From an uncultured delta proteobacterium (GTDB lineage Bacteria; Desulfobacterota; Desulfobacteria; Desulfobacterales; QNYZ01), in NCBI GenBank assembly GCA_963845145.1, contig CAWJQU010000003.1:160001-224000 (forward strand): 64,000 nt of DNA. Direction: 5' to 3'. Below the pieces are notes generated by a model, which did not search any database, was not told the DNA's origin, and saw nothing but the letters and a program-made list of their open reading frames with translations. Position 1 is the stretch's first letter. Every line of letters begins with the position of its first letter. Shown piece by piece: positions 1 through 10,945 of this stretch. The translations under genes and the position numbers were made by a program.

Positions 1-435
1 CATTAATACGCCCATCAATGGTAATATCATATACAGATAAACAAGCGGTATTTGCATGACGATGGTCTTTTGAGATGTCTGAATCTGAAGCGCAGCCATC
101 AACCAGCCATAATACATCATCATAATTGAAAATATTAAAACAGCAAAATTACTAAAATATGATAACGGCATTTTAAGTTTTGGGAGAAGTTGCACAGAAG
201 CATCGATTTTAATCATTGAACGGTTTCTAACTGCAGAACTGCAACCAATCAAAGTTGTATAGATAATTACCAGCCGAACCAGCTCTTCAGACCAAGCTAA
301 CGCATAATTAAAGCCATATCTCAAAATAACATTCGCAAATAATGATAACAGAGCGACCATCACTGCAATAAATAGGGTCCATTCTTCAAAAAAAGTTAAC
401 ACTTTGTCTAAAACATTTAAGAGCTTAGCAAACAT
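1..435 (-). CDS. TRAP transporter small permease (DctQ-like), truncated at window edge
   Basis: Manual translation from ATG at 435: MFAKLLNVLDKVLTFFEEWTLFIAVMVALLSLFANVILRYGFNYALAWSEELVRL...; the RY..N....WSEE motif is typical of DctQ. Lies downstream of a DctP gene. Confidence 0.88.
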   Translation of the reverse strand, partial: MFAKLLNVLDKVLTFFEEWTLFIAVMVALLSLFANVILRYGFNYALAWSEELVRLVIIYTTLIGCSSAVRNRSMIKIDASVQLLPKLKMPLSYFSNFAVLIFSIMMMYYGWLMAALQIQTSQKTIVMQIPLVYLYMILPLMGVLM

Positions 436-517
436 AGGATAATTCCTTAGCCTGAAAAACACTGCCACCAAAAACCAGGGTATACATTAGAAGAGTGGGT
501 TAACATATAAAAGACGA

Positions 518-538
518 GGGGGGTGTGACGCACCCCCC
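518..538 (-). terminator. GC-rich hairpin between dctP and dctQ (terminator or mRNA-stabilising stem)
   Basis: GGGGGGTG-tgacg-CACCCCCC; followed a few bases later by a U-rich run on the minus strand. Confidence 0.5.
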
Positions 539-561
539 CCCAAGATTAGGTATTGCAATTG

Positions 562-1650
562 TTACTGTTTGAAACCCATATAATCTTGAACCTCTTTCAG
601 GTAATTAGCGGGTTTATAAGTATCAGTCGGATAAACTTTGTTGATCTCTTCGGTGTATTTCTCGTGTACAGCCACCCCTTTCTTAGCAAGATCGGCTATC
701 GTATCCGCGGAAAGTTTGTGAAAGGTGACACCATTTTTAGTTTCTGCAGCCTTAATCATTTCGGCTTCCTGTGGTCTAGCTTCAACGCGTAGCTTCTGGC
801 AGACTTCATGTATTACATCTGTAAATGTTTTCTGAAGATCGGCAGGTAGGCTTTCCAACCAGGCTTTATTGAATACCCAAATGAAAGCACCTTGGGCGTA
901 CTCTACATGAGTGTAATGTTTTAAAGTCGCAAATTTACCGGTTAGTTGGCACACTAAAGGCGTATGATCCAATGCAGTGATGACGCCTTGTTTCAAGGAA
1001 ACAGGCACATCCGGCCAAGGCATGGGAATGGGATTTAGGCCCCATGATTTATAGGTAAGCTGATTGACAGCCGCTTCTGCAATCCTGAGTTTCTCTTTTT
1101 GGATACCCTCCAAAGAGTCAACCGGATTGGTTGTTCCCCAACCATAACTCCCATATGCCGTAATATCAATCCCCACGATACCCTGATGAAGCATGGCATT
1201 CATAAAATGTTCGAAAAGTTGGCCACTTTCAGCAAATTTATCCAGCTTATCAAAGTTATTAATAAGAAACGGTAAATTCAGCAGTCCAAATCGTGGCCCG
1301 AGATTGGGTGCGGCAACTGAACTGACCCCCATACCCTGAATAGCTCCCATCTGTAGCTGGTTAAGGACTTCCACTTCACCGCCAAGCATCGAAAAGGGTT
1401 TATAATCGATGTAGATTTGGCCATTGGTCCTCTTCCACACTTCATCGCGTGCAGCAAATCCGACATAAGCGCCTTTTATACCAGGATGGGATACATTGGA
1501 GATGATACATTTATACTTGGCCCCTGATGGATCAAACGCGGCTTTCCATTTATCCAATGACGGTTTTTTTTTGGCCATAGCGGGACTTACCACCAGTCCA
1601 ATGATTGCCATGCACATAATAAGCACCACCAAAAAATTCTTTCTGCGCAT
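562..1650 (-). CDS. TRAP transporter substrate-binding protein (DctP family)
   Basis: Signal peptide MRRKNF...AMA; motifs LGGEVEVLNQLQMG, NLPFL, KLRI, PMPWPDVPVSLKQGVI. Start placed at ATG 1650 after a GGAGGA RBS. Confidence 0.92.
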   Translation of the reverse strand: MRRKNFLVVLIMCMAIIGLVVSPAMAKKKPSLDKWKAAFDPSGAKYKCIISNVSHPGIKGAYVGFAARDEVWKRTNGQIYIDYKPFSMLGGEVEVLNQLQMGAIQGMGVSSVAAPNLGPRFGLLNLPFLINNFDKLDKFAESGQLFEHFMNAMLHQGIVGIDITAYGSYGWGTTNPVDSLEGIQKEKLRIAEAAVNQLTYKSWGLNPIPMPWPDVPVSLKQGVITALDHTPLVCQLTGKFATLKHYTHVEYAQGAFIWVFNKAWLESLPADLQKTFTDVIHEVCQKLRVEARPQEAEMIKAAETKNGVTFHKLSADTIADLAKKGVAVHEKYTEEINKVYPTDTYKPANYLKEVQDYMGFKQ

Positions 1651-1858
1651 TCCATCCTCCTTTCGATAGGTTTGAAATAAGGCTGTGAGAAGCATTGCAC
1701 TAGGCTTCCCGCTGAGGTTAACTATAATAGCTATATTTCAGCTACACTGGTTTTTGTCAAGAAAAAAAAAGACCGACTATACCAACAAAATAAACGGTCT
1801 ATTCGGATTTGAAACGGGATACCACGGGTTGAGAGAAAGTGAATTCTTTACGCGGCCC

Positions 1859-1893
1859 AAAACAAAAGAACCCCACGCTATGGCGTAGGGTCC
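1859..1893 (-). terminator. Rho-independent terminator at end of alpha operon
   Basis: Minus strand GGACCCTACGC-CATA-GCGTGGGGTTC followed by TTTTGTTTT, just after the rplQ stop. Confidence 0.8.
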
Positions 1894-1927
1894 ATGTCAA
1901 CTGTGAAATTAGCTATAAAGTTTTATT

Positions 1928-2599
1928 TTAAGAAGGCTTTTCCTCGTTTTCAGTTTCATCTTTGACCGTATCTGTAGGTAAGCTTTCAACTTTTTGTGAG
2001 TCAGTCTCTGCTACCGCTGGGTCAACGTCTGCTATCAAATCATTTGACGCATCTTTCTCATTGATATCTTCTTGGGCTGGGCTCGTCTCAGCGCCAGACT
2101 CCTCCAAAGTGGAAACGCTTTCCTCGGCGTCTTGTATGGAATCATCAACAACATCTGCGGATTTGTCTTTGGCTGTAGCAACCACAGGTGCAGGTGTCGC
2201 CGCTTTTTCAGTCTTTTTCTTCTTTTTCTTTTTACTTGTATCATCAGGAGTAATAAATGCAACCATCGACATGGTCGCAGCATCCCCAGGGCGGCGGCCT
2301 AATTTCACTACCCGAGTGTAGCCACCCGATACGGCGCCAAATCGTTCAGGGGCTTCATCAAACAATTTTTTGACTACCGCTCTCTCCCGAATGATCGATA
2401 GGGCCAAACGACGCGCATGGAGATCCCCTCGCTTAGCAAGCGTGACCATCTTATCGCCCCAACGTCTCAATTCTTTCGCCTTGGCATCTGTCGTGCGAAT
2501 TTGGTCATATTTGATAAGCGACGTCACCATGTTACGAAACATGGCCTTACGATGACTTGATGTTCGATTAAGCTTCAAACCGGCTTTACGATGTCTCAT
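1928..2599 (-). CDS. rplQ: 50S ribosomal protein L17 with long C-terminal extension
   Basis: MRHRKAGLKLNRTSSHRKAMFRN...GGYTRVVKLGRRPGDAA; follows rpoA. Confidence 0.98.
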   Translation of the reverse strand: MRHRKAGLKLNRTSSHRKAMFRNMVTSLIKYDQIRTTDAKAKELRRWGDKMVTLAKRGDLHARRLALSIIRERAVVKKLFDEAPERFGAVSGGYTRVVKLGRRPGDAATMSMVAFITPDDTSKKKKKKKTEKAATPAPVVATAKDKSADVVDDSIQDAEESVSTLEESGAETSPAQEDINEKDASNDLIADVDPAVAETDSQKVESLPTDTVKDETENEEKPS

Positions 2600-2607
2600 T
2601 TACTTTG

Positions 2608-3630
2608 TTACTCCTCTATTTCTACACCTTCTTCTTCAGGAGGTAAAAACCCTTCCAGTTCCATGCCTAAAGATAGGTCCATTTCGGTCAGAACTTCTTT
2701 TATTTCGTTCAAGGATTTTCGACCAAAATTTTTCGTTTTTAGCATTTCGCTTTCGTTTTTACTAACCAGCTGATAAATTTTTACGATGTCTGCATTTTTG
2801 AGGCAGTTGGCGCTACGAACCGACAATTCCAACTCTTCGACACTGCGATAAAGGTTTTCATTAAAATTCGGCTCGGTTTTATCACCCCTTCTTTTTGGCT
2901 CAGGCATTTTATTTTCATCAAAATTAATAAAAATGGCCATTTGCTCTTTCATAATTTTAGCCGCGTATCCCACAGCACTATCAGGAGACACACTGCCATC
3001 CGTCCAAACTTCCAGGGTTAATTTGTCATAATCAGTCTTTTGCCCAACCCGGGCCTGGCCCACAGTATAAACCACACGTTTTATCGGTGAAAATACGGCG
3101 TCAATAGGAATAGTGCCTACAGGTGCCTCGGGATCTTTATTCTCTTTTGCCAATACGTATCCCTTGCCAACCCGCACCTGCATCTCCATGTTGAGCGAGG
3201 CTTTATCATTTATGGTTGCGATATGCTGTTCAGGATTAAGGATTTCACACCGCCCATCATCGCTGACAATATCGGCGGCGGTGATGTTTTTTTCACTTTT
3301 GGCTTCGATCCGAATAGTAGCGCCTTCGGGGTCGGACACTTTCAGCCGAATCTCCTTCAGGTTTAATATAATCTCCGACACATCTTCCAGTACACCGGGA
3401 ATGGTCGTAAATTCGTGCATAACGTCATCGAACTTCACAGATACGATGGCCGCACCGTAAAGCGATGATAGGATGATTCGTCGCAGGGAGTTCCCAATGG
3501 TAATACCAAATCCCCTTTCAAGCGGTTCGCAGATAAATTTACCGTAAGATTCATCCGCCGCATCTACTTGAACCCCATCAGGCGTAATCATCTGCTGCCA
3601 GTTTATCTGCATAAGCTTATTTGATGACAT
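2608..3630 (-). CDS. rpoA: RNA polymerase alpha subunit
   Basis: EPLERGFGITIGNSLRRIILSS; CTD ELELSVRSANCLK...NFGRKSLNEIK. Start at ATG 3630 is a best guess. Confidence 0.98.
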   Translation of the reverse strand: MSSNKLMQINWQQMITPDGVQVDAADESYGKFICEPLERGFGITIGNSLRRIILSSLYGAAIVSVKFDDVMHEFTTIPGVLEDVSEIILNLKEIRLKVSDPEGATIRIEAKSEKNITAADIVSDDGRCEILNPEQHIATINDKASLNMEMQVRVGKGYVLAKENKDPEAPVGTIPIDAVFSPIKRVVYTVGQARVGQKTDYDKLTLEVWTDGSVSPDSAVGYAAKIMKEQMAIFINFDENKMPEPKRRGDKTEPNFNENLYRSVEELELSVRSANCLKNADIVKIYQLVSKNESEMLKTKNFGRKSLNEIKEVLTEMDLSLGMELEGFLPPEEEGVEIEE

Positions 3631-3716
3631 GGCATTCTTCTCCAACAAATTTTGTAGAAATCCCCTAAAAGTTTACTAAATTCAGAGGATACCCACGTAA
3701 AAGGTGCGTTAATAGT

Positions 3717-4346
3717 CTATTTCGAGTAAAGTTCTACAATCAGCTGTTCTTGCATCGGCATGGTCAGATCTTCACGAACCGGCATGGATTTAACGACGCC
3801 TTTGACCTGATCTTTTTCAAGGTCCAGCCATTGCGGAATTCCGCGCCTGACTACAGCTTCCATTGCATCGGCAATGACCTGAAGCTTAGCACTTTTTTCT
3901 CTGGGCTGAATAACGTCTCCCTCGTTGATAAGATAGGAGGGAATATTCACTTTTTTATTATTGACTAAAAAGTGATTGTGCCGCACCAGATGACGCCCCT
4001 GGGTACGTGAATTAACAAAACCCAATCGATAAACGACATTATCAAGTCGGCGCTCCAAAAATATCAAGAGGTTCGTTCCGGTGATACCTTTTTGCCGGTC
4101 AGCTCTCTGAAAAAAGAGATGAAACTGCTTTTCGGTCAAACCGTACATACGCTTAATTTTTTGCTTTTCCCTCAATTGGATTCCATAATCAGAGACCTTC
4201 CGCCCGCGTCTTTGGCCATGCTGGCCAGGTGGATATCCCCTACGATCAAACCCACATTTATCAGAGTAACAACGGTCACCCTTTAGAAAAAGCTTTAAAT
4301 TTTCCCGCCGGCATAGCCGGCATACTGACCCTGTGTAACGTGCCAA
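3717..4346 (-). CDS. rpsD: 30S ribosomal protein S4 (Cys-containing form)
   Basis: [14 protein letters not shown]...[12 protein letters not shown]...[17 protein letters not shown] start after GGAGGA. Confidence 0.98.
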   Translation of the reverse strand: MARYTGSVCRLCRRENLKLFLKGDRCYSDKCGFDRRGYPPGQHGQRRGRKVSDYGIQLREKQKIKRMYGLTEKQFHLFFQRADRQKGITGTNLLIFLERRLDNVVYRLGFVNSRTQGRHLVRHNHFLVNNKKVNIPSYLINEGDVIQPREKSAKLQVIADAMEAVVRRGIPQWLDLEKDQVKGVVKSMPVREDLTMPMQEQLIVELYSK

Positions 4347-4403
4347 ATGATCCTCCTTGCCGTTCAATCGATCCGTCGGCAATCGATAATTTTTTAATTT
4401 TGT

Positions 4404-4790
4404 CTATACTCGGCGACGTTTCGGTGGCCGGCAACCGTTATGAGGTACCGGGGTCACATCTTTGATCAACGTAATAGTAAATCCTGCCGCTTGGAGTGCT
4501 CTCAAGGCCGATTCTCTACCACTACCCGGTCCTTTGACATAAACTTCAACGCTTTTCATGCCATGTTCCATCGCATCTTTAACAGCACTTTGGGCTGCCA
4601 GTTGTGCCGCAAAAGGGGTACTCTTCCTTGATCCCTTAAAACCCTGCATGCCGGCACTGGACCAGGCCACTGTATTGCCGGCCGTATCCGTAATGGTTAC
4701 GATGGTATTATTGAAGGTAGATTGGATGTGAACAACGCCGTTGGCGATATTCTTCTTTTCTTTTTTCTTTGTGCGCGGTCTCTTAGCCAT
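4404..4790 (-). CDS. rpsK: 30S ribosomal protein S11
   Basis: [15 protein letters not shown]...[14 protein letters not shown]...[13 protein letters not shown]. Confidence 0.99.
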   Translation of the reverse strand: MAKRPRTKKKEKKNIANGVVHIQSTFNNTIVTITDTAGNTVAWSSAGMQGFKGSRKSTPFAAQLAAQSAVKDAMEHGMKSVEVYVKGPGSGRESALRALQAAGFTITLIKDVTPVPHNGCRPPKRRRV

Positions 4791-4813
4791 GCAATTATCC
4801 TTTTAGCTTCAGC

Positions 4814-5194
4814 TTACTTGCGAATGGTCCCCTTCTTTTTAACTGCAGTCCGTCGCGGGCCTTTGCGAGTACGTGCGTTGGTACTCGTCCGTTGCCCTCG
4901 AACCGGCAGCGATCGACGATGCCTCAGGCCACGATAACAACCCAAGTCCATCAACCGCTTGATACTCATGGACACACTAGATCGCAGTTCGCCTTCAACC
5001 TTATACTCACTATCAATCACTTTCCGAATCTGATTGACATCCGTCTCGGTTAAATCATCGGTTTTTAAATTGGGATCAATGCGCGCTTTCTCCAAGATCT
5101 TTTGCGATAACGTTCGCCCGATCCCGTAGATATATGTCAGTCCAATTTCAACCCGTTTACGTCTGGGTAAATCTACACCAGCGATTCGTGCCAA
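4814..5194 (-). CDS. rpsM: 30S ribosomal protein S13
   Basis: ARIAGVDLP...[29 protein letters not shown] start. Confidence 0.99.
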   Translation of the reverse strand: MARIAGVDLPRRKRVEIGLTYIYGIGRTLSQKILEKARIDPNLKTDDLTETDVNQIRKVIDSEYKVEGELRSSVSMSIKRLMDLGCYRGLRHRRSLPVRGQRTSTNARTRKGPRRTAVKKKGTIRK

Positions 5195-5220
5195 GGTATT
5201 TCCTCCTTATGAACTTTAGA

Positions 5221-5334
5221 TCAGCCCTGCCGCTGTTTATGGCGTTTATTCTCACAGATCACCCGGATAACGCCTTTTCGTCGGACGATCTTGCACTTAT
5301 CACAAATTTTCTTTACGGACGCCCTGACTTTCAT
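5221..5334 (-). CDS. rpmJ: 50S ribosomal protein L36 (Zn-ribbon form; below ORF-track cutoff)
   Basis: Manual translation [37 protein letters not shown]. Confidence 0.98.
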   Translation of the reverse strand: MKVRASVKKICDKCKIVRRKGVIRVICENKRHKQRQG

Positions 5335-5406
5335 TTATTGGCTCCTTCTAAAACGCTACTCAAGATCTCTATAAAAAACCTAAAAAAATGTCTTTTTAAA
5401 AATAGG

Positions 5407-5625
5407 TTATTTTTCCCGGTAAGTTATTCGGCCTCGGGTTAAATCATATGGAGATAATTCCACCGAGACTTTGTCTCCGGGTAGAATTTTAATAAAATGC
5501 ATTCGCATTTTACCTGAAATGTGAGCCAGAACCTGGTGTTTATTTTCCAGTTCAACTTTGAACATGGCATTGGGCAATGTCTCTAGCACCACACCATCCA
5601 CTTTTATCGGTTCTTCCTTTGCCAT
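5407..5625 (-). CDS. infA: Translation initiation factor IF-1
   Basis: [11 protein letters not shown]...[12 protein letters not shown]...[19 protein letters not shown]. Confidence 0.99.
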   Translation of the reverse strand: MAKEEPIKVDGVVLETLPNAMFKVELENKHQVLAHISGKMRMHFIKILPGDKVSVELSPYDLTRGRITYREK

Positions 5626-5671
5626 CGGTTTTACTGGCCCCCTTCATTCCTGCAAACGTTTGGTTATGAAC

Positions 5672-6973
5672 TTAACGTCTTCCTTTAATCCTGCCGCCGC
5701 CGCTACGTTTTAAAAACCCTTCGTAATGACGCGTGAGCATATGTGACTCAATTTGGGACATGGTATCGATTGCCACACCAACCACAATCAGTAAAGCCGT
5801 CCCTCCGAAATAGAAGGGAACATTAAACCTGCTGATCAATATTGAAGGAAGAACGCACACTGCGGATACATAAATAGCACCACCCAAAGTGATACGTGTC
5901 AACACACGATCAATATAATCAGCAGTGCGTTTACCGGGCCGAATACCCGGAATGAAGCCGCCGTTTTTTTTCATATTATCGGCAACATCCACCGGATTAA
6001 AGGTAACCGCTGTGTAAAAATAGCAGAAAAATACGATGAACCCGACAAACAGTAAATTATAGATAATTCCCCCTGGATTAAGACTATCCGAAATAGCCTG
6101 CACCCAAGGAATGTCGATAAAGTTAGCGATAGTCGCCGGAAACATGATAATCGACGAAGCGAAAATAGGTGGAATAACGCCAGATGTATTTATCTTTAAG
6201 GGCAGATGAGTGCTCTGTCCGCCATACATTTTGCGGCCGACCATACGCTTGGCGTATTGCACTTGAATTCGACGCTGTCCCTGCTCGACAAAAATGATAA
6301 ACGCGACAACGGCAAGCATAGCGATGACCAGTATTAAAACCGCAAAAATATTCAATTCACCGGTAGATAACAATCGAAACGTATTCGCAATCGCACTGGG
6401 TAAACGAGCAACAATACCGGCAAATATGATTAATGAGATGCCATTACCGATACCCCGCTCTGTGATCTGCTCACCCAGCCACATAATGAAAGCGGTTCCG
6501 GCAGTAAGGGTGATCACCGTCATTATACGAAATGACCAGCCTGGGATTAGCACAACGCCCATTTTTTCGAGCCCAACGCTGATACCCAAGCCTTGAATAA
6601 TACTTAGTACAACCGTTCCATAGCGGGTATACTGAGTAATTTTTTTTCGCCCCTGCTCACCCTCTTTCTTTAATTGTTCCAGGAATGGAACAACCACAGT
6701 AAGCAGCTGCAAAATAATAGAAGCACTGATATAGGGCATGATCCCTAGAGCAAAAACCGACATTTGCTCCAAAGCCCCACCTGAAAACATATTAAAGACA
6801 CCGAGAATGGTTCCCTTGGCACGAGCAAAAATATCCGCCAGGGCGGTGCTGTCGATACCGGGTACCGGTATAGCCACGCCGACACGATAGATTGCCAGTA
6901 AGCCCGCCGTAAAAAAGATACGCCGTTTAAGTTCAGGAATTTTAAAAATATTTTGAAAGCCGCTACCGATCAC
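5672..6973 (-). CDS. secY: Preprotein translocase SecY
   Basis: [45 protein letters not shown] start. Confidence 0.99.
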   Translation of the reverse strand: MIGSGFQNIFKIPELKRRIFFTAGLLAIYRVGVAIPVPGIDSTALADIFARAKGTILGVFNMFSGGALEQMSVFALGIMPYISASIILQLLTVVVPFLEQLKKEGEQGRKKITQYTRYGTVVLSIIQGLGISVGLEKMGVVLIPGWSFRIMTVITLTAGTAFIMWLGEQITERGIGNGISLIIFAGIVARLPSAIANTFRLLSTGELNIFAVLILVIAMLAVVAFIIFVEQGQRRIQVQYAKRMVGRKMYGGQSTHLPLKINTSGVIPPIFASSIIMFPATIANFIDIPWVQAISDSLNPGGIIYNLLFVGFIVFFCYFYTAVTFNPVDVADNMKKNGGFIPGIRPGKRTADYIDRVLTRITLGGAIYVSAVCVLPSILISRFNVPFYFGGTALLIVVGVAIDTMSQIESHMLTRHYEGFLKRSGGGRIKGRR

Positions 6974-7414
6974 TTAAAGTACCTCGACCGTTCCACCGGA
7001 TTTTACAATTTTAGCTTTTGCTGCTTCACTGATCCGGTTAACCTTCACAGTTAGGGGATGCTCCAGTTCGCCGTTTCCCAGTATCTTAATACCGTCTCGT
7101 CTTCCTTTGACCAGACCTGCCTTCACTAAGGTCACTTCATCAACGGTGGTGCCACTTTCAAAACGCGATAGGTCACCCAAGTTTACGATTGCCATCCGTT
7201 TTCTAAAGATATTGGTGAAACCTCTTTTGGGTAACCGTCTTTGCAATGGCATCTGTCCACCCTCAAAGCCCGGCCGCACACCACCGCCTGAACGGCTGTT
7301 GCTCCCCTTTGTACCACGACCGGCGGTTTTTCCCCAACCAGAGCCAAGCCCTTTTCCCAACCGCTTACGTTTTCTGCGGGAACCGGCAGCCGGCGATAAT
7401 TCGTTGAGTCTCAT
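6974..7414 (-). CDS. rplO: 50S ribosomal protein L15
   Basis: [10 protein letters not shown]...[18 protein letters not shown]. Confidence 0.99.
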   Translation of the reverse strand: MRLNELSPAAGSRRKRKRLGKGLGSGWGKTAGRGTKGSNSRSGGGVRPGFEGGQMPLQRRLPKRGFTNIFRKRMAIVNLGDLSRFESGTTVDEVTLVKAGLVKGRRDGIKILGNGELEHPLTVKVNRISEAAKAKIVKSGGTVEVL

Positions 7415-7599
7415 TTACCTTCTCCTAACACCATTACTAAGTGAGAGACAGCATTGATCATCCCTCTGCTCGAGGGTGTATCCGGTATTTCAACGGTTTT
7501 ATTTATTTTCGTCAGACCCATCCCTTTCAGAACACGGCGATGCTTCTCCGGTCTTCCGATCATACTTTTAACCAGTTTCACTTTAATTTTTTCGGCCAT
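7411..7599 (-). CDS. rpmD: 50S ribosomal protein L30
   Basis: [18 protein letters not shown]...[10 protein letters not shown]; spc-operon position. Confidence 0.97.
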   Translation of the reverse strand: MAEKIKVKLVKSMIGRPEKHRRVLKGMGLTKINKTVEIPDTPSSRGMINAVSHLVMVLGEGK

Positions 7600-7618
7600 G
7601 AAAATATATTCCTCCAAG

Positions 7619-8116
7619 TCACTTCAGATCGGCGACGGCAATACCGCGCCTCTGAGCAACTTGTTCCGGGCTTTGCAATTTAGCCAACCCTTCCAGTGTT
7701 GCTTTTACCACATTATGGGCGTTGTGGGATCCCATACATTTAGTCAGGATATTCTGAACACCGGCGGCCTCCAAAACAGCTCGAACCGCGCCACCTGCAA
7801 TCAACCCGGTACCTTCTGCAGCTGGTTTAAGCAATACTCGCCCGGCTCCAAAGCGACCGATGACTTTATAGGGAATGGTTCCTCCCGATAATGGCACGGC
7901 AAACATTCCTTTTTTGGCCTTCTCAACGCCTTTGCGAATCGCTTCGGGAACTTCGCCGGCTTTTCCTAAACCGAAACCGACACTTCCCTTTCCATCTCCG
8001 ACAACGACAATCGCGCTGAAACTAAACCGACGGCCACCTTTAACCACTTTGGCCACCCGGTTGATATGGACGACTTTATCGATTAACAGGTTTTCTTCTC
8101 TGTCTGGTTTATACAA
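7619..8116 (-). CDS. rpsE: 30S ribosomal protein S5
   Basis: [28 protein letters not shown] start. Confidence 0.99.
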   Translation of the reverse strand: MYKPDREENLLIDKVVHINRVAKVVKGGRRFSFSAIVVVGDGKGSVGFGLGKAGEVPEAIRKGVEKAKKGMFAVPLSGGTIPYKVIGRFGAGRVLLKPAAEGTGLIAGGAVRAVLEAAGVQNILTKCMGSHNAHNVVKATLEGLAKLQSPEQVAQRRGIAVADLK

Positions 8117-8175
8117 CCGCCTGCCTCCGTTTATTCATTCTGGTTTATACTTTTGGACTCAATAAGTCTTTATGC

Positions 8176-8544
8176 CTAAAATATCAATCCGGCTTCACGT
8201 GCACCCTCTGAAACCGCCTTAACCCGGCCGTGGTATAAAAAACCATTTCGATCAAATACCACCTTTTTAATACCTTCTTTGATCGCGCGTTCACCCACTT
8301 CTTTTCCCACCAAAGTGGCGACGGTTAATTTTCCTTTAAGATCCGTCTGATTCTTTATATTGGCTTCAAGGCTTCCAGCAGCAGCCAATGTTCGTCCAGT
8401 GGTATCATCGACAATCTGGGCATAAATATGTCGTGCCGATCGAAATACACATAAACGCGGTCGTTCCGTGTTGCCGTTTATTTTCTTCCGAATGCGTTGT
8501 TTTCGCTTTAACCGAGTTTTTCTTTTTAATCCAAGTGTTCCCAT
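8176..8544 (-). CDS. rplR: 50S ribosomal protein L18
   Basis: RPRLCVFRSARHIYAQ...VVFDRNGFLYHGRVKA. Confidence 0.99.
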   Translation of the reverse strand: MGTLGLKRKTRLKRKQRIRKKINGNTERPRLCVFRSARHIYAQIVDDTTGRTLAAAGSLEANIKNQTDLKGKLTVATLVGKEVGERAIKEGIKKVVFDRNGFLYHGRVKAVSEGAREAGLIF

Positions 8545-8568
8545 AACGCTTATACCTTCAATCCTTGA

Positions 8569-9108
8569 TTAAGCAGCACCGGCCTTACCGGCTTTTCGTT
8601 GAATGCGCTCTTCGGCGTATTTGATTCCCTTGCCCTTGTAAGGTTCCGGTGGACGAAGACGCCGAATGGCGGCGGCCACACGCCCTACTTTTTCCTTATC
8701 TATACTGGTCAGGCGAATATTGTTTTTTTTATCAACCGTGGCATTAACGCCATCCGGTAATATGAAATCAACCGGTTTCGAGAAACCGATATTTAGATTA
8801 AGGGTATCCCCACTAATAGTGGCTCTATAGCCAATACCATTAATTTCTAGTAACCGCTCAAAACCCTGGTTCACGCCAATAACCATATTGTTTATTAAAG
8901 AACGCGTCAAACCCTGTAACGCCCTGTTATTTCTTGTTTGGGCGGGAATGGTGACCTGAATAACGCCATCTTTAATGTCTAAGTCCACATTGGGATGAAT
9001 TGTTCGTGACAAACTCCCATTAGGACCCTGGACCTTAATCTCGCGATTTTGCCAGGTGATCTTGGTTTTATCTGGAACCGGTACGGGTTGTTTCCCTACA
9101 CGCGACAT
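8569..9108 (-). CDS. rplF: 50S ribosomal protein L6
   Basis: MSRVGKQPV...RPPEPYKGKGIKY. Confidence 0.99.
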   Translation of the reverse strand: MSRVGKQPVPVPDKTKITWQNREIKVQGPNGSLSRTIHPNVDLDIKDGVIQVTIPAQTRNNRALQGLTRSLINNMVIGVNQGFERLLEINGIGYRATISGDTLNLNIGFSKPVDFILPDGVNATVDKKNNIRLTSIDKEKVGRVAAAIRRLRPPEPYKGKGIKYAEERIQRKAGKAGAA

Positions 9109-9165
9109 ACTATTTTCTCCTTGAGTCGACTGAATGCTGCCATTTGTTGATGATCAGACAGACGC

Positions 9166-9564
9166 CTACCATACGTGGCAAATCAGCTCTCCTCCAATAT
9201 TCTCTCGCCTAGCCGTCTTATCGGTCATAATGCCCCTGGAGGTAGATAAAATGGCGATCCCTAATCCGTTCAATACAGGCGGAATGTTATTTTTTTTAAC
9301 ATATACTCGTCTACTGGGCTTGCTAACTCGCTTTATCCCAAATATTGAGTGGGTCCGGTCCGGACCATATTTCAGGTATACCCTCAACACGCCCTGTTTT
9401 TGATCACTGACAAACTTATAATTTTGAATGTACCCTTCCGATTTGAGTACTTTCGCAATTTCTGTTTTCATTTGTGATCCCGGAATGTCGACGCTCTTAA
9501 AAGTAGCTTTTCCCGCATTTCGAACTCGGGTTAACATATCCGCGATTGGGTCACTCATCGCCAT
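9166..9564 (-). CDS. rpsH: 30S ribosomal protein S8
   Basis: [13 protein letters not shown]...[16 protein letters not shown]...GGELIC. Confidence 0.99.
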   Translation of the reverse strand: MAMSDPIADMLTRVRNAGKATFKSVDIPGSQMKTEIAKVLKSEGYIQNYKFVSDQKQGVLRVYLKYGPDRTHSIFGIKRVSKPSRRVYVKKNNIPPVLNGLGIAILSTSRGIMTDKTARRENIGGELICHVW

Positions 9565-9659
9565 GGTTTTCTCCGTCAATATTTACTGGTTATTTGACCG
9601 ATAACATAAAATTTAGGGTTTCTTTCAACCGATACGCCTCGATCCCGGAAGGATAATCC

Positions 9660-9845
9660 CTACCAGCTCGACTTGGTGACACCGGGCAAACTTCCCTGTG
9701 AAGCCAGGGTTCGAAAACAAATACGGCAAATACCAAATTTTCTAATAAATGCCCGCGGCCGCCCACACATAGGACAACGGTTGTAAGCTCGAACTTTAAA
9801 TTTTGGTGTCCGCTTCGCTTTTACTTTTAGCGCTTTTTTTGCCAA
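9660..9845 (-). CDS. rpsN: 30S ribosomal protein S14 type Z
   Basis: 61 aa, RCPMCGRP...CRICFR Zn motif; TTG start. Confidence 0.98.
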   Translation of the reverse strand: MAKKALKVKAKRTPKFKVRAYNRCPMCGRPRAFIRKFGICRICFRTLASQGSLPGVTKSSW

Positions 9846-9937
9846 ACCATCTCTCCTCTTCGATCAAAATTCGATAATCATCAAAACAATTGACCAATTA
9901 TCTACTTTGAACCTTCTTCAATTCCATCACTCGCTAT

Positions 9938-10477
9938 CTAGTTGCGAAAAGGCATACCCATTAGTTTCAGCAGATATCTACCTTCTTCATCGGTCGCCGC
10001 CGTAGTGATACAGGAAACATTTAACCCTTTGATTTTGTCAATCTTATCATAATCAATTTCAGGGAAAATGATCTGTTCTCTGATCCCAAGCGTATAATTG
10101 CCATGCCCATCAAACCCTTTAGGAGATATGCCTCGGAAATCCCTGACACGAGGTAGAGCTACATTGACCAGTTTATCGAAAAAATCACACATTCGAGCTC
10201 GACGTAGCGTTACCGTGCAGCCGATGGGCATACCTTCACGAAGCTTAAATGCTGCAATGGATTTTTTTGCACGGGTGATCACCGGTTTTTGGCCGGCTAT
10301 CAAAGTTAATTCTTCCACGGCCGCGTCTAATACCTTTATGTTCTGGATGGCTTCTCCAAGCCCCATGTTAAGCACAACCTTAACGAGCTTGGGGATCTCC
10401 ATGACATTTTGATATTTGAATTGATCTTTGAGCTTAGGTACCAATTCGGTCTGATAAAATTGATTGAGATTCGACAT
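9938..10477 (-). CDS. rplE: 50S ribosomal protein L5
   Basis: [21 protein letters not shown]...LPRVRDFRG...EQIIFPEI. Confidence 0.99.
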   Translation of the reverse strand: MSNLNQFYQTELVPKLKDQFKYQNVMEIPKLVKVVLNMGLGEAIQNIKVLDAAVEELTLIAGQKPVITRAKKSIAAFKLREGMPIGCTVTLRRARMCDFFDKLVNVALPRVRDFRGISPKGFDGHGNYTLGIREQIIFPEIDYDKIDKIKGLNVSCITTAATDEEGRYLLKLMGMPFRN

Positions 10478-10489
10478 GGATAATTCCTT

Positions 10490-10819
10490 TTACGCGTCGA
10501 TAATTTCTTCGCACTTACCACAAACCCGTACATGTTTGCCGTCTTCAAGCCGTTTTCGTTTTATACGGGTCGGTTTCACACATTTGCTGCACATCAGCAT
10601 GACATTGGCGATTTGAATCGGCGCTTCCGCTTCAACAATGCCACCTTGTTTGGTCTGAGCATTGGGCCGCGTATGGCGCTTAACGATATTGACATTTTCA
10701 ATCAGCAGACGGGATTTTTTCCTGTCGATCTTTAAAACCTTACCTATCTTACCCCGATCCTTGCCGGTTAAAACCTTCACTTTATCATCTTTTTTTAGAT
10801 GGCATTTACTCTGTGGCAT
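10490..10819 (-). CDS. rplX: 50S ribosomal protein L24
   Basis: KKDDKVKVLTGKDRGKIG...GGIVEAEAPI; CxxC...CxxC near the C-terminus. Confidence 0.98.
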   Translation of the reverse strand: MPQSKCHLKKDDKVKVLTGKDRGKIGKVLKIDRKKSRLLIENVNIVKRHTRPNAQTKQGGIVEAEAPIQIANVMLMCSKCVKPTRIKRKRLEDGKHVRVCGKCEEIIDA

Positions 10820-10945
10820 CACTTTTATCCCCGCCGGAAATCAACCCGAAGCCTTTTAAAAAATGTTCGATACAATCCCGTCAGTCGAACAACAGTATCT
10901 TTTTTTAAAGGTCATGGTCAGATTTTAAATAGTTTCCATCGATAG

